Positions 1-10,100 of a DNA stretch of 64,000 nucleotides are shown in pieces (position 1 is the first letter of the stretch; every line of letters begins with the position of its first letter). The notes below the pieces were generated by a model. It was not told the origin of the DNA, did not search any database, and worked only from the letters and a program-made list of their open reading frames with translations. Source of the stretch: Dehalococcoidia bacterium (lineage in GTDB: Bacteria; Chloroflexota; Dehalococcoidia; Lucifugimonadales; UBA3495); assembly GCA_963664725.1 (NCBI GenBank), contig OY761558.1, forward strand, positions 25,938 through 89,937. The letters run 5' to 3'. Both the position numbers and the translations under genes were made by a program.

Positions 1-328
1 GGTAGGTCCGCTGGCCGACCAGCGACAACAGTCCCGACGGGGTCTTTTGTCGCTTCATCCAATGCTTGAGTTTCTTCTTCACCTGTTTGGCATGAGCGAG
101 CTGCGGGTAGATGTCCGCAATGAAGATCAAGTCGGGGTTTCTGCTCCCGAAATCGCGCTGCAGCGCGCCGGTAATCGCTGCCACGTTGTCTCTGCAAAGC
201 CGCTCTATTCTGCTGAGCCGGTCCATTCGCTCGCCATAGGTCGGCGCCCGGGAAGGCGAGTAGCTCGACTCCTGGAGCTCAAATATCCTGTTCAGCTCGT
301 CAATATCGTTGTTCCGTTGAAGTTTCAC
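1..328 (-). CDS. aldehyde dehydrogenase family protein, N-terminal part (gene continues beyond window start)
   Basis: Not in the ORF track because it runs off the edge. My translation of the minus strand from GTG at 326-328 (purine-rich GGAGAGAGGAGAG just upstream) gives VKLQRNNDIDELNRIFELQESSY..RMDRLSRIERLCRDNVAAITGALQRDFGSRNPDL..AKQVKKKLKHWMK. This is the N-terminal pattern of coniferyl-aldehyde/ALDH-type dehydrogenases (DFGxR, L..WM). Confidence 0.55.
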   Translation of the reverse strand, partial: MKLQRNNDIDELNRIFELQESSYSPSRAPTYGERMDRLSRIERLCRDNVAAITGALQRDFGSRNPDLIFIADIYPQLAHAKQVKKKLKHWMKRQKTPSGLLSLVGQRTY

Positions 329-851
329 TGAACTCTCCTCTCTCCCGACCGGTCTCCTGACCGGCCTGGAGTAGTCCGCTGCGCCGTCGGCCGTGTACGT
401 TGCGCAACCGGCTTCGCTCACCCCGCTGACCGGGCGCCGGGAAGATAAGGCCCGCCCCTGCCTTCGGTCTTAAGCCATAGACAAACGATGACGATTCGCA
501 CCAACGCCCCACCAATGCCACATCAACGAAAGAACCCCCGGTAGCGCGCAGAACGGCACGATTGGCCCCGGACGCAGCGGAGCCGTTAGGTAAGACTCCG
601 ATTGCCAGCGTGGCCATCAGCTTGGACGCGGCTGGATAGATCATTCGGTAACGGGGCCGGATGGCATGACGATCAACTTGGCCCCGCGCGCGGTGAACGC
701 GATGAGGCGGATGCGTTTTCCGGTTCCGTGCTGAGTTCTCATAAATGTGGGCCACAGAGTGGTCCACAGTATGACGGTCGCGAAGCCTGCCCAACCGCCG
801 GTCAACTCTTTCGTTTGGTAAGGTCGTGAACACGTTCTCGTAAACACGTTC

Positions 852-875
852 TATTGTATAGTTGACCATACAATA
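852..875. promoter_or_regulatory. perfect inverted repeat TATTGTAT-N8-ATACAATA (candidate operator site)
   Basis: Read directly: tattgtat (852-859), agttgacc (860-867), atacaata (868-875). It lies in a locally AT-rich patch of an otherwise gene-poor region. The binding protein is unknown. Confidence 0.3.
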
Positions 876-1538
876 TTTGAACACATGGGCTTCGACGCAT
901 GAAAGTCCACAGTTGATTGCGGGGCATCTGGCGCCGTTTCAGCCTGATCCTCACGGACGGGGATAGATGCCTGGACGAATCCTACTCGATGAACCGGAAG
1001 GGCTATTCAGACGTGGGCACCCAGAGGGGAGCTTCTAGCGCTTGGGCTTATCGGTCTCCGGCCCAAACAGAAGAGGGGCTCGCATTCCGATTGCGTCGGC
1101 AGGGGTGCGGCGGCGATAATGGGGGGCACGGTCGAGGATTCAGCTGGTTCGTGGTGGTAGCGAGTGCAGTTGACGTTGTAGGCCAATCCGCTCTTACTAC
1201 AAAGGACGAGCCTCCAACCGTTTACAGGGCTGATGATCTCAAACGGCCACAAGAGGTCGGCAACCAGCGCCCTAAAGCCGCAACTCCCACCGGAAAGTTC
1301 GCAATACGGTACACTTAGGCCCACCACCCCCAATTCTCTTGGCTTTCCTCCTCGACTCTTGGCTGCAATAAGGTTGCGCCGAGGCCAGCCCGTCATAGCG
1401 GCGGCCTGATGCTTTACAAGTTCTTCGATTCGTAGATCCCAGGATGCCTGGAACACCTTCGGATTTTGCAACCGGGCGCCCGGCGTGACCCGGCGATGGC
1501 CGGTTGGTAGCTTGGTTCTGACAAGTTAGGGAGTCGAA

Positions 1539-2342
1539 ATGTGGCTGCGTACAAGTTGTGATATTACGTATGATGTGAGCGTGCCAACTCCATTAATCCT
1601 GATGCTCCGCCCTCGAAGCGGTGCACAGCAGTGGGTGGCACGTGAAGACTGTACATTGACGCCAAGCGTACTGGTCACAGAGTTTGTGGACAGTTACGGA
1701 AACCTGTGCGAGCGACTGATTGCGCCCCCGGGTGAGTTTTCGATCCGTAGGTCCGCCGACGTTTCAACCGCAGACGGCATTGATGTGTCTCCTGGCGCGC
1801 CATTTGACGAGGTAGCCAATCTGCCGTACGACGTTCTAACGTATCTGCTTCCCAGCCGTTATTGCGAGTCTGACCGGTTTATGGACCTGGGCAGAGAACT
1901 GGTGGATGGCGTCGAACCTGGCTACGATCAGGTGGCTAGAATTGTAGGGTGGATCCGCTCCACCGTCCTCTTCAATCCAGATTCCAGGAATTTTCAGATG
2001 TCGGCAGTGGAAGTTTACCAGCAGCGAGAGGGGGTATGCCGCGAGCTTGCACATCTGGGCATCGCGTTAGCCCGCAGTCTCTGCATTCCGGCGCGTATCG
2101 TAGTTGGGTATATGCACGAACTCGAGCCAATGGATTTTCACGCATGGTTCGAGGCTTTCGTAGGTGGCCGCTGGTATACCTTCGATGCAACGCAGGCACT
2201 TCCACGTGGAGGGCGGGTTGCCGTTGCTTATGGGCGCGATGCGGCCGACGTGGCGATGTTCAATCAGTTTGGCCCGGCGCTATATCCCAGAGCAATGGAA
2301 GTAAGGGTCAAATTGCTCGATGATTGGCCGGTGAGCAATTGA
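1539..2342 (+). CDS. transglutaminase-family protein (COG1305-like putative cysteine protease)
   Basis: 267-aa ORF with AGGGAG 6 nt before the ATG. Cys-His-Asp core motifs are present: GVCRELAHLGIALARSLCIPAR, DFHAWFEAFVGGRWYTFDAT. The N-terminus (ITYDV..LMLRPRSG..Q) resembles the Bact_transglu_N region. No signal peptide. Confidence 0.85.
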   Translation: MWLRTSCDITYDVSVPTPLILMLRPRSGAQQWVAREDCTLTPSVLVTEFVDSYGNLCERLIAPPGEFSIRRSADVSTADGIDVSPGAPFDEVANLPYDVLTYLLPSRYCESDRFMDLGRELVDGVEPGYDQVARIVGWIRSTVLFNPDSRNFQMSAVEVYQQREGVCRELAHLGIALARSLCIPARIVVGYMHELEPMDFHAWFEAFVGGRWYTFDATQALPRGGRVAVAYGRDAADVAMFNQFGPALYPRAMEVRVKLLDDWPVSN

Positions 2343-2658
2343 TGATGTACTGTGGGACTTCGTGTCAGCGGGGAGGGGTTCCTTTCATTCCCACGTCCCT
2401 TAAATTAGTCCCGCTTGTCTTCTTTTTTCTTGCACAGGAGAATCCAGGCAGTCCCTATTACTCTTGGGAATAAGTCAGAAGTAATTCAAGGCGGCTGGGA
2501 ACCACTGCGTTGATAGCTTGTTTTAAGCCAGGTCCGTCATTTCGCCCTGACGACTGGCGTGGGTGAAGCCGGAAGGGCGAGGGGCAGTTGAAAATCCCTC
2601 TAGCGTAATGTCCGCTGTCGCCGGGGCAGTTGAGAGAAGCTAACGGACTACTTGCCGT

Positions 2659-3441
2659 CTAATGCGGCGTGACAAGAAGCACCCCTGTCCGTATTCCAGT
2701 GACCACGGCCTCCAGCTTGGTGGTGGCGTTCAACTTGTGCCGCAAGTTGCGGATATGATTGCGCACCGTGTGCTGGCTGATTCCAAGCTCAACGGCTATG
2801 TGGGGGGTTTCCCGGCCCTGGGCCACCAATTCCAGAATTTCCAGTTCCCGCTGGGTAAGGACCGGATCGTCGCCACTGGCATTGGAAGCACTCCTTTCAC
2901 CCCGGGATGGGCGCTGGCCTTGCTGTACGACCGGCATCCCAGCGGCTTCATTGCTAACTGCCGGCCGTCCCTCGGGACTCTCGTCCAGCAAGTAGACCAA
3001 CAAGTTGTAGCTTCCAAGGCCCGCCGCCACCATGGGGGCGACCGAGATCCATTTGCGGTCACCGGAAAGGCTAGACATTCTCATCTGGCATTGAGCGGGA
3101 ACCAGGCCTGCCCTGAGGTATCTGATAGACGGGCATCCACCCAGACACTCCTGTGTCAGTCCTCCTCCCAGGTTATTGGCAATATCGTAGCAGCGGCGAC
3201 CAACCACGTCGGCCGCTCTATAACCGAGAACGCGCTCTGCTCCCTTACTCCAGTACAGGATGGTCTGGTCGGAGGATACGACGAAGGCCGCGCAGTCTTC
3301 GCCGCCCAGCATGTTAAAGAGAAAATTCTCGTTCATGTTTAGTGTTCCACCCATCCGCGCCGGATAATCAGGGCAGATACGTCCTAATGAAATACTGATC
3401 CAATCAAGCGCCGGCAAAGAGAAGGCTTCCGTTACCGCCAC
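2659..3441 (-). CDS. PAS-domain LuxR/GerE-family transcriptional regulator
   Basis: C-terminal GerE HTH: LTQRELEILELVAQGRETPHIAVELGISQHTVRNHIRNLRHKLNATTKLEAV. N-terminal PAS-like segment: DQTILYWSKGAERVLGYRAADVVGRRCYD. The longest ORF starts at 3441, but the real start may be the ATG at 3354 or 3336 (MNENFLF.., GGTGG upstream). Confidence 0.85.
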   Translation of the reverse strand: MAVTEAFSLPALDWISISLGRICPDYPARMGGTLNMNENFLFNMLGGEDCAAFVVSSDQTILYWSKGAERVLGYRAADVVGRRCYDIANNLGGGLTQECLGGCPSIRYLRAGLVPAQCQMRMSSLSGDRKWISVAPMVAAGLGSYNLLVYLLDESPEGRPAVSNEAAGMPVVQQGQRPSRGERSASNASGDDPVLTQRELEILELVAQGRETPHIAVELGISQHTVRNHIRNLRHKLNATTKLEAVVTGIRTGVLLVTPH

Positions 3442-3563
3442 CGTGGTCTGGGAGGACCCGGGTATTGACTACGCTGGGGCATCTGAACGGCCTTAACCAG
3501 CACAAACATTTCATAGAGTATAACCCAATAGCTATCATAACCTGGTGACAAGGGCACTTGGGA

Positions 3564-3760
3564 CAGGGCAATCGCGTCTTAGATTCAGACTAAAGCCGGC
3601 AGACATCCGCAAGGCATAAGACATGTCGCCCTGAGCCTGCCGAAGAGCCTGAAATTCTGCACGTCAGCCCGGTTACGGGCCCCCGAGTCGGCCTGTGGGA
3701 TAGAGTTTAGATTCTTCACTCCGTTCAGAATGACAATCTAATCATAATGCGATTGCCCTG
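3564..3760. mobile_element. 197-bp MITE-like non-autonomous element: perfect 12-bp terminal inverted repeats flanked by a 10-bp direct repeat
   Basis: Left TIR CAGGGCAATCGC (3564-3575) and right TIR GCGATTGCCCTG (3749-3760) are exact reverse complements. Identical GCACTTGGGA sits immediately outside both ends (3554-3563, 3761-3770), as expected for a target-site duplication. There is no ORF inside. Sub-terminal TTAGATT motifs occur at 3579, 3707 and inverted at 3735. Confidence 0.4.
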
Positions 3761-4040
3761 GCACTTGGGAGACGCCGAATCAGGGTTTCCCCGAGACCAA
3801 CTTCGATCGCCTCTTATATGAGGCCCACGGCGTCTTACATTAGCCCACCTGGCTTCCTGCCCAAGCTCTTGCCAACACTTTTTTCCTGGCGGTGAGGCGT
3901 TCCGGCATATGCCAAGTCTGAACCGGGCTGTACCTGCCTCCGCCCGCTGGTAAAGTAGAAAGACTTACACTGCCTTTGGATCGCCTTTTGTCTGACACTT
4001 CGCAATGGACTCGACCTCCATTGGGCCCGTGTATCTAACT

Positions 4041-4073
4041 AAGAAAAGAAGGCCGCTGTCTGAAGCAGCGTCC
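4041..4073 (-). terminator. candidate intrinsic terminator downstream of the giant adhesin gene
   Basis: On the minus strand, 35 nt after the stop: GGACGCTG-cttcaga-CAGCGGCC hairpin (one mismatch) followed by TTCTTTTCTT. Confidence 0.55.
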
Positions 4074-4107
4074 TTCCCACACCTTGAAAGCGATTACAAC
4101 GGCGACC

Positions 4108-7100
4108 CTAGAACCTGCGTTGTCGCCTAGCCCGCAGGAACATCCACAGGCTGAAGGCCAGCAGCGCCGCCCCCAGAGCTATGAACAGGATGGGCCATAC
4201 CGACAGTCCGTCTTCGTCTACAGTCTCCGGCGTAAGCTGGGCTTCCTGAAGTACGGGCGCCGGAGTGGGGGTAGTCAGGTCTTCCCGGTCTTCATCTTGC
4301 CCCTCTATGGCTTCTTCCACCGCTTCCACCACCGCCTGGGGAACCAGCAGTGGTATCTTGATGCCCTGAGGTTCGGCCGTAGCGGTGGGTCCCGGTTCAG
4401 GCGTGGACGTAGGCGAGGGAGTGGAACCCGCCTGGGGAATAGCGGTAGGTGTTGGGGTCGGCGTTGGCTCCGCTTGACCAGTGCTAAACAGGGCCATTAT
4501 GGCCGTCAGCACGAAGCAGTCCAATTGGTTAAAGCCTGGCACCTCGATAATTATCCAGCCCGCTTCGTCCACATTCAGGTTGAATCTGGCCGAGGCCCAT
4601 TCGCCCGTAAGGTGGTCCCGAGCATAGACCTGGAAGGCCCCCAGCCCATGTGCCCGCCTCACCACTTCTTCCCCGCCGTATTCCAGGGCCAGGAGACGGA
4701 ACTCCACGGTGGCGGCGTTTAGCAGCGCCACGGCAGTTTCAGGGGTCCCCCAGTTGTCGTAGAACTCCACCGCCAGCATAGATACCAGCTCTTCATCCCC
4801 GGAGACAAAGGGGCAGCGAGTGTGGGCCGAGTCCACCCGCACCCAGTAGTACCCGCTGCGGGACTGGGCGGGGAAGTGGACCGCCGCCGAGCCATCCGGC
4901 GTGCGAATGGTGGCCGGGCTGCCCGGGGTCACCCGTCCAGCGGCCTGGGTCTGGGAGTTATAGATGGGAACCTCCAGGACGTCGGTCAGGTCAATGGTTA
5001 CTTCAATTGCGTCCCCCGCACCCCGTCCGTCGGTGACGGTCAAAACCACTTCGTAACTGGCCTTGCTCTCCAGGTCCAGGGTGGCCCTGGTGATCAACTG
5101 GCCGGTGGCGGTGTCCAGGGCGAAGGACGCCGCGTCGGCGCCGCCCAGGCCGTAGGTTAGCACGTCGCCATCCGGGTCAGTGGCGGTGACTGGTTCGCCA
5201 ATGTAGACGCCCCGGTTGGCGTGCTCCTGCACGTCCCGTTCGGTGCTCACTCCCTCGTTGAAGTAGGGAGGGCGGTTGGGGTCGTTGGAGGTTCCACTGC
5301 TTCCCGTGCTGCCGCCGCCGGATCCGCCGGACCCGCCGCCGAAGAAGCCGCCACCGCCGCCACCGGTAGACGGCGGGGAAGGTACTGACGGCACGGGTGT
5401 CGGAGCCGGTGTCGGAGCCGGTGTCGGATCGGGCGTCGGCGCTGGTGTCGGGTCAGGTACGGGATCGGGTACGGGATCCGGATGGGGCGCAGGAGTAGGC
5501 GGCGGGTCCTTGTCATCGTCGCTAATAGTCACAGTTGTAGAATTTACGGTCCCTGCCGTCACTTTAGTCGGCATACTGGCGCCAAAGGACACTGTGACGG
5601 TTTCGTTGTTCTTGTCCGAATCATGCCTCGCAGTGAAGGTCAAATATATTGACTCATTACCTGGAACAAACTCCAGGGACGATGGGATGCTAAAGATAGA
5701 ACTGGATCCCGTATTACTTGCAGCATCAAAGGTTATAGATTGCCGACGGTCCGAAGCGGGGTCCAGATTCACCCTGATTCTTACCGTGCCGCCTTCCCTT
5801 ACCGAATAATTGGGGGACGCAAAGCTCGCAGTTAGGTTGAACCAATCGCTCTCCGGCTTGGCCTCGGTTCGGCCCTTGCCTACCTCGGACCAGGTGCCTT
5901 CCCCTTCAGCATTCTTGGCGTTTACCATTACCTGGTACTCGGTGTCGGGCAAGAGGTCTCCCAATTCCTTTTGTGTATTTGAGGTTTCCTCCTCCTCCCA
6001 ACCGTTGGTTCCCTGTTGGGCGTATTTCAGGTTATAGCCGGTAATGTCGGGGCCGTTGTTTTCTGGCGGCGACCACTTGACCATGAGACCGTTTTGCTGG
6101 TTGCCGGGGCTGGCCATAACGGTATTGATAGTCACAGCGCCAGGTGGTTCGTTCACGTCAACAATGTTGATGGTTACCGCGATGGTGTCGGTCAGGTTTG
6201 ACGGGTCCGTCGCCTTGACGGTGACTGAATGAGACTGGTCGGTTTCGTAGTCGAGAGTTACTCCAGCCTTGGTCTTTATCTGGCCGCTGGACTGCACAAT
6301 TTCAAAATTTGATGCGTCAGTGCCTTCCAGAGTGTAGGTCAAGGCCTTTCGCTCCGGGTCAGTGGCCCTTACGGGTTGACCCACGTTGGTTCCTGGCGTG
6401 GCATTCTCCGCCACCTGGCGGGTTACGCTGGCCTGCGAGAACACCGGCGGCTGCGGGTCCGGCGGTCTGGGATCAACCTTGTTGGTCGTAATGCCGTGGG
6501 CGGTTTTGCCGCTGCCCTGGGCGTCGGTGTAGGACGCCGTGGCCCGCAGGTACTTGTTGACGTCTGCAGTCACGGGCGTGTAGGTGGCGGCCGTGGCTCC
6601 CGTGCCCGTTGCGTTGGTCCAGGAACCGCTCCTGGTGGGGGATGTGGCCCACTGCCAGGTCAAGCCGGTCACGCCGTCATCGTCATCCTCCAGGCTGGCG
6701 GTTATGGGCTGCTCCTCCTCGGGCTGCTCGTTGGACAGAGTTACCTCGCCGTTTTCGTCAATGTTGGTGACGTTGATGGTGATATTGATGGTGTCGTCGG
6801 CCGTTACGTTGGGGTCTCCGGTGTCATCCACCCCATCCCGCACTAGGATGGTCACCGAGTATTGGTCCTTGGTCTCGTGGTCCAGCGCCACCTTGGTACG
6901 CAGCTGGGCCCCGGTGCTGTGGCTATCCACCATGCCGAAGGAAGTGGCATCCGTCCCACTCAGGTCGTAGGTAAGACGGTCCACTCTGTCTTCGTCGGTG
7001 GCCTTGAACGGAGAGCCGATGTTGCGGTTGGCCGGCGTGTTCTCATCTACAGATACAGTAGCGGTTTCAGCGTCGAACTGAGGGTCTTCGTTAATGTTGG

Positions 7101-10100
7101 TGACGGTAACCGTTGCCAACAGTGTGGTGCTGTTGCCGGTGTTGTCGGTCACCTTAACCGTGATGTTGTGGACGTTGTTGCCGCCCGAGTCCCTGGGGTC
7201 TTCAAAGTCAGGCGGGCTCAGGAACTCCAGCACTCCACCGGTGATGCTGAACAGGGCTTCGTCCACTCCTTCCAGGTCCCAGGTTATTGCAGTCCCCTCC
7301 GGATCTTCCGCAGAAAACCGGTGAACCGGCGCCGCATCGTTCTCTTCGTAGTCAAAGTTGGGGTCGGTAGTGTCGCCGTCGGTCTCCCCCGAAATCACCG
7401 GATCCTCATCCACGTCGGTCACGGTTATGGTTACGTCCAGTCCATCCGTGAACTCATCGTCGGAGACGTGCACCGTGATGTCGTAGGTGTACTTCTGGGT
7501 CCCATTCACCTCGTGCTCGTAATCCGGCGGGCTCTTGAAAGTGAGCACGCCCGTGCTGTCGTCTACGTCGAAGTAGGAGTCGTCCGTGCCAGACAGTGAC
7601 CACTCCAGGGTGTCACCCTCCGGGTCGGTAGCCGAGAAGTCAGCCACATCGCCCGTCCCGTTCTCCACGTAATCATCGATGGTAATGGCCCCAATCTCGG
7701 GCGTTTCATTGACGTCGATTACGGTAATTGCCACATCCATGGTCTGAACGTGGTTGGGGTTGCCGTCCGTGGCCTGGATGGTTATTTCATAGACGTCGTC
7801 ATTGTCGTGGTCCTGCTTTGCCGCGTCCGACTCCTCAAAGTCCGGAGCGGACCGGAAAGCGAGATACGCAGTTGACGCGCCCGTGTACTGGGGCGTGAGG
7901 TTGAACAGGTCCTTATCATCCCCCAAAAGTTCCCACTCAATATCGTCGTCTTCTGGATCAGCCGCATCGTAGGTTGCGACAGTGGTGTGGGCGTTTTCCA
8001 GCCACTCGAAAGCTGTAGGGCCCGAAAGCGTGGGCGTTTCGTCCTCGTCCGATACGATGATCGTAACAGCCATCTCATCAAATTCGTTGCCCTCATCGGT
8101 GGCCTTCACCGTGATCTCGTACTCGTTGTTGGTGTCAGCGTCGGCGGCGCTTTCCCGGTCCGGAGTATTCTTGAAGGTAAGTTCGCCCTTCATGGGTTCG
8201 TTGGTGGGCTTGGTGATGGCGTTGAAATCGCCGGCGTCAGCCCCGGACAGCGACCAGGTAATCGTGGTATTGGCGTCCGGGTCTGTAACCTCGAAGGTAA
8301 CAACTGTGCCCGTGCCGCCCTCGGCGAAGGTGACCTCTTCCACGACGGTGAGCACCGGTGTCTCGTTGACGTTGGTTACGGTAATCCGGACGTCCTGGGT
8401 CTCCTTGTTCACACCCTCGGAGGCCACCACCGTAACTTCGTAAACGTTGTCGGTGTTGTGGTCCTTCTTGTCCTCAAAGTCCGGGATGGTGTTAAAGGTC
8501 AGGACACCAGCACTGGTGATGGACAGCTTGTCGTCGTCGTTTCCTTCCAGGTCCCACTGTATGTTTTCGCCCTCCGGGTCGCTGGCGTTGTAGGTTGCAA
8601 CGGTATCGGTGCTGTTTTCCGGGTAGTCTCGGGACGCCGTCCAGGTACCCTCGCGGACTATCGTCTCGTTCTCCCCGGTCACCGTTACGGTAACGTCCAG
8701 GCTACCGGTGTTGGTGCCGTCGCTGGCGTTTACCTTTACTTGGTACACATTGGTGCCGGCGGCGCTTCCCGGGGTCTCAAAATCGGGCGCGGCCTTGAAC
8801 GACAGCTTGCCGGCCGCCGAAATTTCGAATTTGCTTCCGTCGTCCCCGGTGGGGGTTTCCCAGCTTGTGCTTTCCCCCTCGGGATCTTCAGCGGAGTATG
8901 TGGCGATACTTTCCGTGCTGCCTTCAACGACGGAAGGGCCAGTATTGCCGGTCACCACCGGATCTTCGTCAACGTCCTCAACCCTTACCGTTACATTCAT
9001 TTCTGCGTCATTGACGCTGTCCGACGCTTCTATCGTCAATTCGTAGTCGTTATCCGTATCATGGTCCCTTTTGTCTTCATAATCCGGCGGAGATATGAAA
9101 CTCAGCACGCCGGCGTTGGAGAGGGCGAACAGGGATGCGTCGTCGCCGGACTTGGTCCACGTAATCGTGTTGCTGTCCTGGTCGGCGGCTACGAAGGTTC
9201 CCACCGCCGAGGTGTCGTTTTCGTCAAAAAGTATGGTCTGGTCGCCGGTGTTTCCGTTGTAGGTGATGACCGGCGGGTCGTCGACTTCAGTAATGTTGAT
9301 GGTAACTTCCAGTTCGGAGGAATTGTCGTTGGAATCGGTGGCAACCACCGTTACCAGGTACTTGTGGTCGGTGTTCTGGGGGTCCTCGTAATCAGGCGGC
9401 GAGTCGAAGGTGAGCACGCCGGTAGTCGTGTCAATGGACAGGTCGGCGTAGTCGGCGACTTCCTTCAGTGACCAGGTGACAGTGTCGCTCTCGGGGTCGG
9501 TGGCGTCGTAGTCTTCCACGTCCAGGGTGCTGGTTTCGGGATAGTCGATGGTCGATTCGCCGATAATTGTGGGGGCCTCGTTGGCTCCCTCTACCGCAAC
9601 GGTAACGTTGATTGTGTCGTCGGCTGAAGTGTCATAGTTCCAATCGGTGTCATAGTAGTCGGTAACAGATACGGTCAGGGAATAGCTGGATTTGGATTCA
9701 AAGTCCAGCACGGCGGCGGTTTTGAGCTGTCCCGTGGACTGGTCGATACTGAAGGCCAGCGCATCCGTGCCCCCCAAGGTATACTCCAGGGCTTCGTTAG
9801 GCCCATCCGGGTCTACCGCCTGGAAAGGATCTCCGATGTCCTCATTGGCACCGGTGTCTTCCGATATAGTACGGCGACCGTCTTCGCTGTCGGGGAATGC
9901 GGGGGTTTCGTTGACGTCGGTCACCATTATGCGGACGGGTTCAACCTTCCCGCCTGTGGAACCGTCCGTGACATATATGCTGAAGAGATAATCGTTCTGG
10001 TCATACGGGATGTCGCTGGAATCGAAGGGCTTCTCGTAGTCCGGCGTGTTAACGAAGGACACCGCTCCGTCACTCATGGAAAACAGGCCGCTATCCTGCC

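Noticed and set aside
300-884. 194-aa minus-strand ORF overlapping the aldehyde dehydrogenase start
   Set aside because: The composition is Arg/His/Gly-rich for most of its length, there is no RBS, and it overlaps the better-supported ALDH N-terminus in another frame. It is kept only as part of the 'gene-poor region' finding.
1007-1471. 154-aa minus-strand ORF with a faint HNH-like spacing (YCELSGG...FEIISPVNGW.LVLCSKSG). It suggested a decayed HNH or group II intron maturase remnant.
   Set aside because: The catalytic His/Asn positions are not present and the spacing between the pseudo-motifs is off. I could not find group II intron domain V or a 5' GUGYG on either strand. The match is too weak to call.
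1539-2342. Transglutaminase-like protease near a giant adhesin, read as a LapG/LapA-type adhesin-release system
   Set aside because: The protein has the cytoplasmic COG1305/Bact_transglu_N layout and no signal peptide. That is unlike periplasmic LapG (DUF920-type). No LapD-like or type I secretion genes are nearby, and the adhesin has an N-terminal signal rather than a C-terminal T1SS signal.
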